64,000 nt of DNA from Verrucomicrobiota bacterium (GTDB lineage Bacteria > Verrucomicrobiota > Verrucomicrobiia > Limisphaerales > Palsa-1400). Location: the NCBI GenBank assembly GCA_049510745.1, contig JBEKYR010000012.1, forward strand, positions 32,001-96,000. The letters are read 5' to 3'. Shown here in pieces: positions 9,193-22,000 of this stretch (its first letter is position 1; each line of letters begins with the position of its first letter). The notes under the pieces are model-generated. The model was given only the letters and a program-made list of their open reading frames with translations. It did no database searches and was not told where the DNA came from. A program made the position numbers and the translations under genes.

Positions 9193-10691
9193 AAATCGCG
9201 AAAATGATTCACTCATCGCTGGCCGCGGCGCTCGGCCTGCTGCTCGTGGCTCCCGGCGCCCTGAACGCGGCGGAAACCGTAGAGGCCGAGGCGTCCACCA
9301 ACGGTCCCGCCGCCGCGCCAACGAAAACAAAAATCCATCATGACGCGCTGGTGTTCATTGGGCAGGACGCCGAGTTGAAGGCCGGAGAATCGGCGGAAGC
9401 CGTGGTCGTCATCGGCGGCTCGGCCAAAGTGCTCGGGGATGTGGATGAGAATGTGGTTGTCATTGGCGGCGATGCGGAGGTGCGGGGCGATGTCGGCGGC
9501 AACGTCGTGACCATCATGGGCAACGCGCATCTCGGCCCGAAGGCGGCGGTGCATGGGGATTTGGTGTCCGTGGGAGGCAGATTCACTTTGGCCGACGGCG
9601 CGACGGTCGGGGGACACACGCAGGAAGTGGGCATTGGCGCCGGGCCGGCCGGTGTTCTGCGGGCGCAATGGCTGAGGACATGGTTCCGGGATTGCGTGAT
9701 GGAACTGCGCCCGCTGGCGCCCGGTGTGGGGTGGCTCTGGTGGATCGCCGGGACATTATTCCTGGTCTATTGGTTGATTGCCGTCCTGTTTCCCCATCCG
9801 GTGCAATGTTGCGTCAACCAGCTCTCGGCCCGTCCGGCCACGACGCTGGCCGTGGGCATCCTGGCGAAGTTGGCGATGCCGTTCGTCTTTGTGCTTTTGT
9901 TGTTTACATGCGTCGGCATCTTGGTGATTCCGTTTGTCGTCGCGGCGGGGTTGTTGGCGCTGCTGGTGGGGAAGGTGGCGATATTGCAATACCTGGGCGG
10001 CAGGCTGGGGAGTCCTTTTGGCCTGAAACCCGCCCAAGCGCCCGTGTTCGCGTTTGTCATCGGGGCAGTTTTAATCACGTTACTCTACATGGTGCCGATC
10101 ATAGGGCTGCTCACACTGATAGGCGTGAGCCTCTGGGGATATGGGGCGGCGGTGACGGCCATCTGCGTGGCAATGCGGCGCGAGACGCCGCCCCCCGCGC
10201 CCATGCCGCCGCTGGGATTTGTTGCGCCCGGCCCGGGCGAGGGCTTCTCCGCGCAGGCAGCGCCGCCCGTGGGGGCGGCGGCGGCCGGGCCGGCCATCAG
10301 CCTGCCCCAGGCGCTGGCCTTTCCGCGGGCGGGATTTTGGGAACGGATGGGGGCCGGTTTTCTTGACATGGCTGTGATCTGTTTGAGCGCGGCCCTAGCC
10401 GGCCCGTTTGCCTCCCTGGTGGGCGTGGCCTATTTCACCGGGATGTGGGCGTGGAAGGGAACGACGGTGGGAGGGATCGTGCTCAATTTGCAAGTGGTGC
10501 GGCAGGATGGGCAGCCGCTGAGTTTTCTGGCCGCTTTTGTGCGGTGTGTGGCGGCGGTGTTTTCAGCCCTGGTGCTCTTCCTGGGCTTCTTCTGGATAGG
10601 TTGGGATCGTGAAAAGCAGGGCTGGCACGACAAGATCGCGGGCACGGTCGTGGTCCGCCTGCCCAGACCGATCTCCCTGGTCTGCCTCTGA
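9189..10691 (+). CDS. Membrane protein with beta-helical (bactofilin-like) repeats and a C-terminal RDD domain
   Basis: ATGA overlap; signal peptide; VVVIGG..V.GDV repeats; TM block; AGFWERMGAGFLD...QGWHDKIAGTVVV. Confidence 0.8.
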   Translation: MKIAKMIHSSLAAALGLLLVAPGALNAAETVEAEASTNGPAAAPTKTKIHHDALVFIGQDAELKAGESAEAVVVIGGSAKVLGDVDENVVVIGGDAEVRGDVGGNVVTIMGNAHLGPKAAVHGDLVSVGGRFTLADGATVGGHTQEVGIGAGPAGVLRAQWLRTWFRDCVMELRPLAPGVGWLWWIAGTLFLVYWLIAVLFPHPVQCCVNQLSARPATTLAVGILAKLAMPFVFVLLLFTCVGILVIPFVVAAGLLALLVGKVAILQYLGGRLGSPFGLKPAQAPVFAFVIGAVLITLLYMVPIIGLLTLIGVSLWGYGAAVTAICVAMRRETPPPAPMPPLGFVAPGPGEGFSAQAAPPVGAAAAGPAISLPQALAFPRAGFWERMGAGFLDMAVICLSAALAGPFASLVGVAYFTGMWAWKGTTVGGIVLNLQVVRQDGQPLSFLAAFVRCVAAVFSALVLFLGFFWIGWDREKQGWHDKIAGTVVVRLPRPISLVCL

Positions 10692-10725
10692 ACCTGCGAT
10701 CACGGCTTGGCGGGGACCCGCCTCG

Positions 10726-13700
10726 TCAGTCGGATTTCACCCGGATGAAGAGGGCGCGGGTGTTGGGCGGAATCGGCGTCGAAATGGTCTGAGTGGAGTT
10801 GCTGCCCATGACCGTGCCGGAAACACTCCAGGAACGGGAGGCCAGATTGGTGCTGGTCTGGATCGTATAAAGAACACTGGAGGCGCCAAAGAAGGAAAAC
10901 TGGACGTTCGTTCCGACCCGCTGCGGGTTGAGCAGGGTGACGGGTGAGGCCACCGGCGATTCGGTGATTTTAGCCAGCAGTCCGCCCGTGGTGGAGAAGA
11001 ACGCGACGCCGGTGCCGTAGTAATACAAGTAACCGTCGCTGTAAACGGAGTTGGTGCCGAATTGGGCCGGCAGATTGACTTGAACGATTTTGTTGAAACC
11101 ACTGGCCCAGACGCCGTCGGACGCGGCCGCGATGCCGCGGAAGTTGGCCTCGTAAGGGGAAACTCCATTGAGCGCCCAAAGCGGGTTGCCGTTGCGGTCA
11201 AACTTGGCCACAAAGGGCTGGGAGAAATAATTGGAGCCGAGGTCGTTTTGGTAGTACTCCGGAGCGGCGATGAGATCGTTGCCGAAGTAGGAGAAATTGT
11301 CAAAGTCGCCGCTGACGTAAACGCCGGAGGCGTTGGCGGCCGAAGCCCAGGGCATGGTGGTGGCGCCGCCGAAGGTGGAGGCCACCTGAGCGTTGCCGTT
11401 GGTGTCGTAACGCGCGAAGTATTGCGCGCGTCCGCCCGGCAAGGAAACGGAAAGGCTGCCGAAGACGGCGGTGGAGCCGTAAGCGGTGCCGGTGAGGAAG
11501 ACATCCGATCCCGCCACAGAAAGCAGCGGAAAATCGTCGTCGATGCCAGCTTGTTTTGCGGCGTACTGCTCGCCGACGCCGCGCAGCCAGAGCGGCTGGC
11601 CGGTGGAGGCGTTGAGGGCAGCCAGTCCGTAGGCGCGATCGGTGAGGTTGGAAAGAGAGCCGATGCTGAGGTTGGTCACGCCGCCGGAGGAGGAAGCGAT
11701 CATGGAAAGGTAAATTTGTCCGCCGCCGCAAGCCAGATTCACCGGGAAATCGGGCAGGACCGATGCCCAGCGGACCACGCCGTTGGCATCGTATTGAGCG
11801 AGGAATCCCATCTGACCGGGGGCCGTAAGATTGGTTCCGCCGAAATCGACGGTTCCGGACATGATGCCCGCGACGGTGACATTGCCGGCGGCGTCGGAAA
11901 CGAGGGTGTTGTAGAGGTCGAAGACGCCGTTGGTTTTGCCAATGAATCTGGACCAGATGTTGCTGCCGCCGGCATCGAAGCGGGAGAGCAGAAGGGAGGC
12001 GCCGCCAGTGTTGGAGAATTGGTTGGATCCCAGCCAGTTGGTGCCGAAGAGAACAGCGGCCAAATAAGCGCCGTTTGCGGGAGCCGGCGCGACGCAGAGG
12101 GCATAGCTGTAGCTGGCAAGCTGGTTATTGGTCAGGCCAGCGACCCAGAGCGGTTTGCCATCGGGGTCGTATTTGACCAGCGCGGCGCCGCCGTAGGTTC
12201 CAAGCGCGGTCAGAGTATTGAGGGTGACGAAGTTGGTTTCGACGTTCACATTTCCAATATACTGGTCGGCGGCATAGACATCTCCCGCCGAATCCACCGC
12301 GCAGCCGCCATAGTAATCGCTGATCACGTTGGTCCCGTCGTCGGCGGCATAGAGCGGAGACTTGACGGCGACCGACCAGCCGGGCGGCAACGGGGCGCTG
12401 ACGAAAGTGACAGCGGCCGTGAGGGTGGTGGCCGAGCCGGCCAGATTGGTGGCCACGGCGTAATAGCTTCCGGCCACTCCGGGAGCGCCGGAGTTGGTGG
12501 GAATGTAGAAGGAACTGGTCGCGCCGGAGATCGCGCCGACGCCGACTTGGTACCATTGCCAGGTTGGAGGGGGATTGCCGGTGGCGCTGGCGGAAAGCCA
12601 GACCGGGTATCCGGAATAGTTGGTCTGGCTGAACGGATTCAAGGTAATAACGGGAAGCGTGTCGGGGGCATAACTCACTTCATCCAAAAATGCCGCTTGG
12701 GTGGGATCGGTGTCACCATCGGCGAAGACCGTCCAGTCCAACGTATGCTGGCCGGCGGGAATGGGGAAAGGACCGTCCTGATACCAGGAATTATCGCCGT
12801 AAATCGAATCCACATTATTATTGAGAGCATCGCCGTCCAGGTAGAATTCGCAATAGAAGCCGCTGCTGGGGTCGTTGGCGATGCTCGACCAATAAAAGGT
12901 AAGCGTTCCCGGTCCGGTGACGGTGGCTGAGATGGTCGAAGATTGAGAATTGGTCACACTGCCGCTTTGCGCGGCGGAGACGCCGTCTTGCGTGTTGGTG
13001 GTTTCAACGAACCAGGAGGCATCGCCGAAGGTGGCCCAGTTGAGATTGGTCGCATTGAGCGCCTGCCCCAGCAAATTGAGAGGCGAGACCGGGATATTGG
13101 TGACGATTTGGCCGGGATTCTGGAAAAGATAAAGCGCGTTGCTGTCGCCGATCGCCCCGTCGTAGATTTGCAGGTCGTCCACGACGCCGACGAATCCGGC
13201 AAAGGAACTCCAGTTGAAATCGAGGGTCAGCCCGCCGCAGTTGGCCAGCAGATTGGTCCCGCCGAGGTCCTGGTTGTCCAAGACGCCGTTGACGTAGATT
13301 TTGCGCGTGCCCGATGGCAGGTCGCGCGTGACCACCAGATGGACGAACGAGCCGGTGTTGATGGACGCCGTGGAATGCAGCGTCGTCTGGCTGTCGCCGG
13401 TGTAAAAAGCCAGTTTGCCGCCCGTTTGTGCCATGGGAATGCAATCATTGGTGCTGTCGCCGTTGTTGACGGCCGAAAAGAGGCCCGCGCCGCTGGTGGC
13501 GGCGTCGGTGTCGTTGCCGAAGAGGTTGGTCGTCTCCAGCCAGACGGCGACGGAAAAGCTTCCCTCGATGGCCGACACAACCGGCTGCGGCAGGTCCAGC
13601 CAATTGTCGCCGGGGCAGAGCAGCGCCTCGCCGCCCTCGACGCTGTAGTTGGTGTAAGTCAGCGCGGCGGGGCCATCCCAAGCGCTGCCGTTGGAATCAT

Positions 13701-14523
13701 TTCCGTTGCCAGAACTGTCAGCGCCGAGATTATTCGTGTTATCGAAGGTGTAACGGGCGACCAGCGGGGGCGGTGCGCCGACAAAAAAGCGGGACGAATC
13801 GGACACGTGCAACCCGCCGGTGCCGTCCCAATTGGTCATCGGCTGGCCCAGGGAGTTGGTCGGGGTGGAGAGCACGATTTTGGCCGTGGGAGCATAATAA
13901 TTGACATCCAGGCTGTTGAAGCCGTAGGGCAATAGGTCGTAAGGCGTCCAATTGTTGGTTGTCAGCGGCAGGTCGGCCCCGTCATAGAACGAGTAGTTGT
14001 CATTATGCGCATCGACCTGCAGGTCGGAGAAATTGGTCGGGCCGGTCCAGACACACAACGGCTGCGAGGCAACGTCCACCGCGCCATTGGCCGGGGAGGA
14101 AATCAGCACATCGGGCAGGTCATTGGTCGTCAGGCCGTTGAGAGAAACGGTGAAGTAATTGGTTTGTGGCGAGCCGGAGCCTGCATTGATGACGAGGGTC
14201 CAAAGGCCGTTGGTAAACTCAGTGAGGACGTTGCTGATGTTGTTGGGAAAAGCCCATCCGCCGCTGGTGCCGCCCGGGCCGATGCTCGCGGTGTAGAGGC
14301 CGTTGGGGGAGGTTATTTGGTCGTAGGTGATGGGTGTGTTGGTGCTGCTCAAATCCAAGTCGGCGCCAAAAAACAAATTGCCTTCCTGAGTCGAGCCGGA
14401 TTTGCTCGCGCGCAACAGAAAGCTGATCTGGTCGGCCCGGACGCATTGCGCCAGGACAAAAATGAGGATGGGGAGAAGGAACGAGCGCCAACCGGCGCCA
14501 GTTCCGCGGAGGGAATGCTTCAT
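10726..14523 (-). CDS. Large secreted protein: LamG-like, Ig-like and beta-propeller-like repeats plus a PVC-type C-terminal domain
   Basis: Signal peptide; ARYTFD..DSSGNGN, HLVVTRD..KIYVNG, GVVDDLQIY (LamG); ATGNPPPTWQWY (Ig); VKYDPDGKPLW-type repeats. Confidence 0.75.
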   Translation of the reverse strand: MKHSLRGTGAGWRSFLLPILIFVLAQCVRADQISFLLRASKSGSTQEGNLFFGADLDLSSTNTPITYDQITSPNGLYTASIGPGGTSGGWAFPNNISNVLTEFTNGLWTLVINAGSGSPQTNYFTVSLNGLTTNDLPDVLISSPANGAVDVASQPLCVWTGPTNFSDLQVDAHNDNYSFYDGADLPLTTNNWTPYDLLPYGFNSLDVNYYAPTAKIVLSTPTNSLGQPMTNWDGTGGLHVSDSSRFFVGAPPPLVARYTFDNTNNLGADSSGNGNDSNGSAWDGPAALTYTNYSVEGGEALLCPGDNWLDLPQPVVSAIEGSFSVAVWLETTNLFGNDTDAATSGAGLFSAVNNGDSTNDCIPMAQTGGKLAFYTGDSQTTLHSTASINTGSFVHLVVTRDLPSGTRKIYVNGVLDNQDLGGTNLLANCGGLTLDFNWSSFAGFVGVVDDLQIYDGAIGDSNALYLFQNPGQIVTNIPVSPLNLLGQALNATNLNWATFGDASWFVETTNTQDGVSAAQSGSVTNSQSSTISATVTGPGTLTFYWSSIANDPSSGFYCEFYLDGDALNNNVDSIYGDNSWYQDGPFPIPAGQHTLDWTVFADGDTDPTQAAFLDEVSYAPDTLPVITLNPFSQTNYSGYPVWLSASATGNPPPTWQWYQVGVGAISGATSSFYIPTNSGAPGVAGSYYAVATNLAGSATTLTAAVTFVSAPLPPGWSVAVKSPLYAADDGTNVISDYYGGCAVDSAGDVYAADQYIGNVNVETNFVTLNTLTALGTYGGAALVKYDPDGKPLWVAGLTNNQLASYSYALCVAPAPANGAYLAAVLFGTNWLGSNQFSNTGGASLLLSRFDAGGSNIWSRFIGKTNGVFDLYNTLVSDAAGNVTVAGIMSGTVDFGGTNLTAPGQMGFLAQYDANGVVRWASVLPDFPVNLACGGGQIYLSMIASSSGGVTNLSIGSLSNLTDRAYGLAALNASTGQPLWLRGVGEQYAAKQAGIDDDFPLLSVAGSDVFLTGTAYGSTAVFGSLSVSLPGGRAQYFARYDTNGNAQVASTFGGATTMPWASAANASGVYVSGDFDNFSYFGNDLIAAPEYYQNDLGSNYFSQPFVAKFDRNGNPLWALNGVSPYEANFRGIAAASDGVWASGFNKIVQVNLPAQFGTNSVYSDGYLYYYGTGVAFFSTTGGLLAKITESPVASPVTLLNPQRVGTNVQFSFFGASSVLYTIQTSTNLASRSWSVSGTVMGSNSTQTISTPIPPNTRALFIRVKSD

Positions 14524-14802
14524 AGGCAAGGGATGTGATATTGGTTTATTCAAAACGACGCGATACACAATTCCGATTTTAACTCCCCTCTGTAACCTGG
14601 AATCGCCCGTTTGTCAATGAAAATGCCCTCTGTCGGCGCTCATGACTGCCACCACCGTCAGAGGGGTCGAGCCTGGCCTGCAAGAACCCTCGCTCCCTCA
14701 AGAAACTCCGGAGGCTGCGCCACTCCCTCGTTCATCGCAAACCCAGCGCCGCAAACAAATCTTGCTCAGAAGCCGGCAGAGGCCTTATCGTTGCCTTGGT
14801 TT

Positions 14803-14896
14803 TGCCAGGGCCCATGGAATGTGGACTTACGAACCCCGCGAGGGCAGGAATGCAGCAACGGCAGTTTGCTCCGCATCCGCCGTGGTCACCCTGGCA
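14803..14896 (+). ncRNA. ffs: Small bacterial SRP RNA (4.5S)
   Basis: Helix-8 motif GAGG-GCA-GGAA-TGC-AGCA at 14840-14857; ends pair (TGCCAGGG/CCCTGGCA); directly upstream of dnaX, a common synteny. Confidence 0.85.
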
Positions 14897-14917
14897 TTTC
14901 CCCTGTTTTCAAGTGAC

Positions 14918-16588
<1,671 letters not shown>

Positions 16589-16608
16589 ACCGCAAACCCA
16601 AAACCCCT

Positions 16609-16920
16609 ATGTCCAGCATCGGAAAACTCGTCAAGCAGGCTGCCCGGATGCAGCAACAGATGGAACAAATCCAGGCCCAACTGGCCCTTCGCACCGTCGA
16701 AGCCGCCAGCGGCGGCGGCGCCGTCAAGGTCGTGGCCAAGTGCGACGGCTCGATCGCGTCGATCAAGATAAACCCGCAAGCCATCAACCCCGCCGACGCC
16801 CAATTGCTCGAAGATATGATTGTCACAGCCGCCAATTCCGCCCTCGACCAGGCCCGGCAGATTTCGTCGGCGGAAATGGGCAAAGCCACCCAGGGTTTTA
16901 ATCTGCCTGGGATGATGTGA
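16609..16920 (+). CDS. ybaB: YbaB/EbfC nucleoid-associated protein
   Basis: KQAARMQQQME, SGGGAVKV, LEDMIVTAAN; lies between dnaX and recR. Confidence 0.93.
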   Translation: MSSIGKLVKQAARMQQQMEQIQAQLALRTVEAASGGGAVKVVAKCDGSIASIKINPQAINPADAQLLEDMIVTAANSALDQARQISSAEMGKATQGFNLPGMM

Positions 16921-16924
16921 TCGC

Positions 16925-17521
16925 GTGCCGCTGCCCGAAGCCATCACCACGTTGAGCGAAGCCCTGGGCCGCCTGCCAGGAATCGGCCCGCGCTCGGCCG
17001 AGCGCCTGGCATTGCATATCGCGCAAAGCGATGCCGACGCCGTCCGCCAACTGGCCCAGGCTCTTGTCCAGGCGCGGGAACGCATCCGGGCCTGTTCGGT
17101 TTGCGGGGCGCTGACCGAGGGGCAGACCTGCGCGATCTGCGCCGACCCGCGCCGCGATGGCTCCATTCTGTGCGTGGTCGAACGGCCGCTCGATGTGTTC
17201 GCCCTCGAAAAAGCGGGCAGTTTCCGCGGCAAGTACCATGTCCTGGGCGGAAAAATTTCGCCGCTCAACGGAGTCGAACCGGAAGACCTGCGGCTGGCGG
17301 AATTGGAAGCGCGCCTGGCCGGCGTGCAAGAGGTGATCGTGGCCTTGAGCACCGACGTAGAGGGCGACGCCACCAGTTTTTATCTCGGCAAACGCCTGGC
17401 CGGAAAAGGGCCGAAACTGACCCGCATCGCCCACGGTCTTCCGGCGGGCGCCGGGGTGGAGTTCGCCGACGAAGTCACCCTCAGCCTGGCCCTGGAGGGC
17501 CGGCGCGAATTGGCCCCGTGA
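16925..17521 (+). CDS. recR: Recombination mediator RecR
   Basis: LPGIGPRSAERLA, C4 finger, CVVE, YHVLGG, EGDAT. Confidence 0.97.
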   Translation: MPLPEAITTLSEALGRLPGIGPRSAERLALHIAQSDADAVRQLAQALVQARERIRACSVCGALTEGQTCAICADPRRDGSILCVVERPLDVFALEKAGSFRGKYHVLGGKISPLNGVEPEDLRLAELEARLAGVQEVIVALSTDVEGDATSFYLGKRLAGKGPKLTRIAHGLPAGAGVEFADEVTLSLALEGRRELAP

Positions 17522-17534
17522 GAATTCAGCCAGC

Positions 17535-18158
17535 ATGAAAGAGTCGCCGGCCGTGGTTTTTGATTTGGGCAAAGTGTTGGTCGATTTCGATTACACCATC
17601 TCGGCCGCCAGGTTCGCCCGCCGCAGCCGGTTCACCCCGCCGCAGGTGCGGCAATTGCTGGACCATTCGCCCCTGCTCTACCGCTTCGAGACCGGCGTGC
17701 TGTCCGAGACGGAATTCTTCGGCGAAGTTTGCGCAGCCTGCGGATTTTCAGGCAGTTTGTCCGAATTTTGCGAGATTTTTGCCGACATTTTTTCGGAAAT
17801 CAAACCCATGACCGCGATGCAGGCCGCGCTCCGGTCCAACAAGGTCCCCACTTACATCTTCTCCAACACCAACGGCATCGCCGTCCGGCACATTCGCAAA
17901 AAGTTTCCGTTCTTCGCCCATTTCGACGGCTACATTTTCTCCTACGAGCAGGGCGCGATGAAGCCCGAGGCGAAAATCTACCAAGCCCTCGAGCACCTGA
18001 CCGGCCGGACCGCAGAGGGGATCATCTATCTGGACGACCGGGCCGAAAATGTCCAGGCGGGTCTGGCCCGGGGCTGGCGCGCGATGTTGCACCAAACGCC
18101 GGAACAAACCATTGCGGCCCTGCGCCAGTTGGGCCTGCCCGTGGACCTCAACCCTTGA
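17535..18158 (+). CDS. HAD-family phosphatase
   Basis: VVFDLGKVLVD, FSNTN, MKPEAKIY, YLDD. Confidence 0.88.
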   Translation: MKESPAVVFDLGKVLVDFDYTISAARFARRSRFTPPQVRQLLDHSPLLYRFETGVLSETEFFGEVCAACGFSGSLSEFCEIFADIFSEIKPMTAMQAALRSNKVPTYIFSNTNGIAVRHIRKKFPFFAHFDGYIFSYEQGAMKPEAKIYQALEHLTGRTAEGIIYLDDRAENVQAGLARGWRAMLHQTPEQTIAALRQLGLPVDLNP

Positions 18159-18852
18159 GAAAGAGCGGCCACTCCGGGTCGCCCAGGGACAGGACCCGTT
18201 CGGCCAGATCGTTCAACGCCAGGCGGGCCGGCTCGAAACGCTCGGCCAGGGTGTCAAACACAGACGCCAGATCATACCGCGCCGCCAGCCTGTGGGTGCT
18301 GGCCGCGCGGTAGTTTGCGCGTCCCAATTCCTGATAATAGCTCAGACCCGGCGCCCCGCTCCGTTCGGCGCGGTGGCGGATGTGCTCCGGGAACACGCCT
18401 GACAAAAACAAGGAATGATTGCCGATGTGCGCCCGGATGCAGAAGGCGGTGTGATCATCGGCCGTTTGCAGGGCGGTGAGCATTTCGAAAAAGTATTGCA
18501 GGCGCGCCGGCTGCCCGGGGACGACGCACTGCGTCCGTTCCAGGCGCGAGAATTCCGTCAACAATTCCGCCACATAATCGGCCACGTTCCGGTCCTCCAG
18601 GCCCGAGCGGCGCAAGACGTGCCGCACCAGCACGTAGAAGTACAGGTGCGGGGAGACCCGAAGACACCCGCGCTGCTCGAGCAAGGCACGAAAGAGCGTG
18701 TCATCATCAAGAATCAAATCCCGGGAATCAGGGTCCGCCAAAAGCGCGACGAGTGAAGCCGCCTCGCCTTTGTTGCGTCCAAGCACGGTCAGGATGAAAT
18801 CGACGTCATCCGCCGTGAACTGGACCCGGCAATTGGCCTGAATCACTCTCAT
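18148..18852 (-). CDS. Conserved-looking hypothetical protein
   Basis: Host-like codon use; helical protein with VADYVAELL and HIGNHSLFLSGVFP; start uncertain. Confidence 0.7.
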   Translation of the reverse strand: MRVIQANCRVQFTADDVDFILTVLGRNKGEAASLVALLADPDSRDLILDDDTLFRALLEQRGCLRVSPHLYFYVLVRHVLRRSGLEDRNVADYVAELLTEFSRLERTQCVVPGQPARLQYFFEMLTALQTADDHTAFCIRAHIGNHSLFLSGVFPEHIRHRAERSGAPGLSYYQELGRANYRAASTHRLAARYDLASVFDTLAERFEPARLALNDLAERVLSLGDPEWPLFLKG

Positions 18853-19049
18853 ACGCTGCCTCCGAGCATTTTTGATTCCAAACTCAACACTGACCGCATA
18901 ATTCTTTATCGGCCGGAACCCGGCTGCGCTCAAGCGGGAACCGGCGCGGAAAGACGTGATCGCTTCACGGTCAAGGAGATTGGCTGCAAAACGCTTTTTC
19001 TTTGGACGATTTGGGGCGGCGAAGGCATGATAGGGGAGACGCATTTCGC

Positions 19050-22000
19050 ATGGCCGATTTTGATGACAGGTTCTCGGTGACGCTGCCGCCAGCACTCCGC
19101 CAGCAGTTCGCCGAGGTCGAACGCCGCCTCTGGCGGGCCGAATCGACCATCGCCGTGTGCGGCGCGGCGGGCGGGCTGATGGTTTCGTTTCTGGCGCTGT
19201 TTGTCTCGGATCGATTGTGGGAGACGCCGGCCTGGCTGCGGTGGACGCTGTTCCTGCTGGGCTTGGCGGCGGCGGGGGCGGCCGGCGCAAGTTGGGCCAG
19301 GCGCTGGATTTGGCGCCGGCGCGATCTCAAGGCGCTGGCCAATCTGGTGCAAAAGAAACACCGCCGCCTGGGCGACCGCCTGCTGGGGATTGTCGAACTG
19401 GCCAACGAGGAGCGCCATTTCGTCGATTTCTCCCCTGCCCTCTATCACGCGGCCATCCACCAGGTGGCCGCCGAGGCCAAAGAACTCGACTTCCGGCAAA
19501 GCGTCAGCATGGCGGGCGCGAAAAGAGTCGCGCTCGGCGCGGGGATTGTGGCGGGTTGCGTGCTGCTGGTTTTTGCGGTGCTGCCCAGGCCGGGCTGGAA
19601 TGCGTTTGTGCGTTGGGCGCTTCCGGGCGCCGGCCTGGCGCGCTATGCGCTGGTGACGTTGGAGGGTCTGCCCGGCGAATTAATTGTCGCGCATGGCGAA
19701 CCGTTCGAGATTTCCGCCTCCGTTCATTACCGCTCTTTTTGGCAGCCGCGGCGGGTCTTGGGTCTGTGGCCGCGCCAGCCGCGGATTGAAAGCGCCGTCG
19801 AAGGGGGCCGGATTCGTTTGCGCGTTCCCGGCCAGGTCGAGCGCGGGGTGTTGGAAGTGCGGGTGGGCGATGCCCGGGCCGAAGTGAAGGTGCGGCCCAC
19901 GCATCGGCCCTCCTTGCAGGAGTTGGCGGCGGTGGTGCATCTGCCCGATTATTTGCGGTATCCCGAGCAAGAGCAACTGGTGCTTAACGGCGCTCTGCTG
20001 GCCGTGGAAGGCAGCCGGATCGCCTTTCGCGGCAAAGTCAGCCGCCCTCTTGCCGCCGCCCGGATGCAAAACGGCGGCGGGGAACCGGCGCCCCTGAAAA
20101 TTGACGGGGAAAATTTCCTCAGCGACCCGGCCCAGCCGGAGGGCGTCGCGGAGTTCACGTTCCACTGGCAGGACACTCTTGGCCTGACCAATTCCGCGCC
20201 CCTGCGGCTTTCGGTCCAAATGCAGCCCGACGCTCCGCCGGTCCCGGAAATTCCCGATTTGCCCCGGGACGTCGCCGTCCTAGATTCCGACGTGCTGCGC
20301 ATCCGCCTGCAGGCGCGCGACGATTTCGGCGTGCGCGATTTCGGTTTGACTTGGGAAATGACGGAAGATTCGCCGCGGATGGCGGTCGCGACGACGGAGA
20401 TCAAGACCCAACCCCCGTCGGCCCGCGCCAGGACGGTCGAAAAGACCTTTCTCTGGAGTCCGTCGCTCTTTCGCATCCCGGCCGGCGCGACGGTGGAGTT
20501 GCAGGGGTACGCGCGGGATTATTATCCGGAACGGGAGCGCGCGCGCACGGCGCCGCACCGGATTCACGTGTTAAGCCCCGAGGAGCACGCCGAAGCGGTG
20601 CGTCAACAATTGGAATCGGTCCTGGCGCAAGTCGAAGAAGTCACCCGCCTCCAGGAAAAAGTGGTGGCCGGCCTGGCCGAGGTCAAGGACGCCGACAAGA
20701 TGGCGGAAGCGCAGAAGTCCTCGCGTCTGGGCCAGAGCAAGGACGAGCAAATGGAGAACGCGGCGCACCTGGACCAATTGTCCCAGCAAGGCGAGCAGAC
20801 CGTGCGGGAGGCGATGAAAAATCCGCTCTTAAGCGAGGAGACCATCCGGCAATGGAGCCAGTCGATGCAACAATGGCGGCAGTTGTCGCGGGAGCAGATG
20901 CCGGCGGCCGCCCAGTCGATGCAGCAGGCGCGGCAGAACCCCGGAGCGGACAAGGAACCGCTGGCCGAGGCCTTGCGCAAGGCCGAGGAAATTCTCCGGG
21001 CGCTGGAAAAGATGGAAAGGAAAGCCAACCAGCACATGGATGACCTGCAGGCGCTGACCCTCTCGCAGCGGTTGCGCAAGGTGAGCGGGGAGGAGAAGGA
21101 CATCGCCGGCCAACTGCTGGCCAGCGCGCCGGAAACCATCGGGTTGGCGGCGCGGGATTTGCCGGAAAAACTCAAGCTCCTCGAACAGGGGCTGAGCCGG
21201 GACCAGGGCGGCGCCCAAAAGGAAACCCAAATGTTGCAGGGCGAAATCAGCCGGTTCTTCGAGCGAACGCAGAAGACGAACTACGGCCAGGTGAGCCGGG
21301 AAATGAAGGACACGCACGCGACCGACGAATTGGACCGGCTCGGCGAGTTGATCGAGAACAATATCGGGATCGAGGCATCGGACAACCTGGGCCAGTGGTC
21401 GGGGCGTTTGCAGAAGTGGAGCGAAAAACTGGAGCCACCCACTTCGAGCCAGAGCGGCGGCGGCAATTCCGGGGGCAGTCAAAAAAAGACCGATCTCACC
21501 GAACAATTGATCGCGTTGTTGCGCCTGCGGGAGAGCGAGATGAACCTGCGCGACCAAACCAGCGTTTTGGACCAGGACAAAGGCGAGCCGGCCAGTTACA
21601 AAGAGCGGGCCACCGCCCTTTCCGGCAGCCAGGAGAAGCTGGCGGGGGACTTGGATGGCATTCACCAGAAAACGCCGATCAAGGAGCTCGACCCGGCTTT
21701 TGCCGACACCGGCGGCGACATGAAGGCAGTGGCCGCGACGTTGCGGCAGCCGCAGACCGGCCCACCGGCCGACGCCGCCGAAGTGAAGACCATCGAGACG
21801 TTGTCGGATTTGATTAACTTGATTAACGAACAAGCCCAACGTCCCGGCCAACAGCCCTCGCCGTCGCAAGGCAACAATGGTACCGACGAGGAGATGCAGT
21901 TTTTGCTGCAAATGATGCGCCAATCGTCCCAGGGCAAGGCGATGGCCACGCGGCCCGCCACCGGGCTGAACAACGCGGGCGGGACGACGGACCGCGCCGG

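Noticed and set aside
14626..14665. Hairpin CCCTCTGTCGG/CCGTCAGAGGG as a tRNA or riboswitch
   Set aside because: No cloverleaf, T-loop or recognisable aptamer; single hairpin only
14642..14917. 92-aa N-terminal extension of DnaX
   Set aside because: Overlaps the SRP RNA; the conserved DnaX start MSYQV is at 14918
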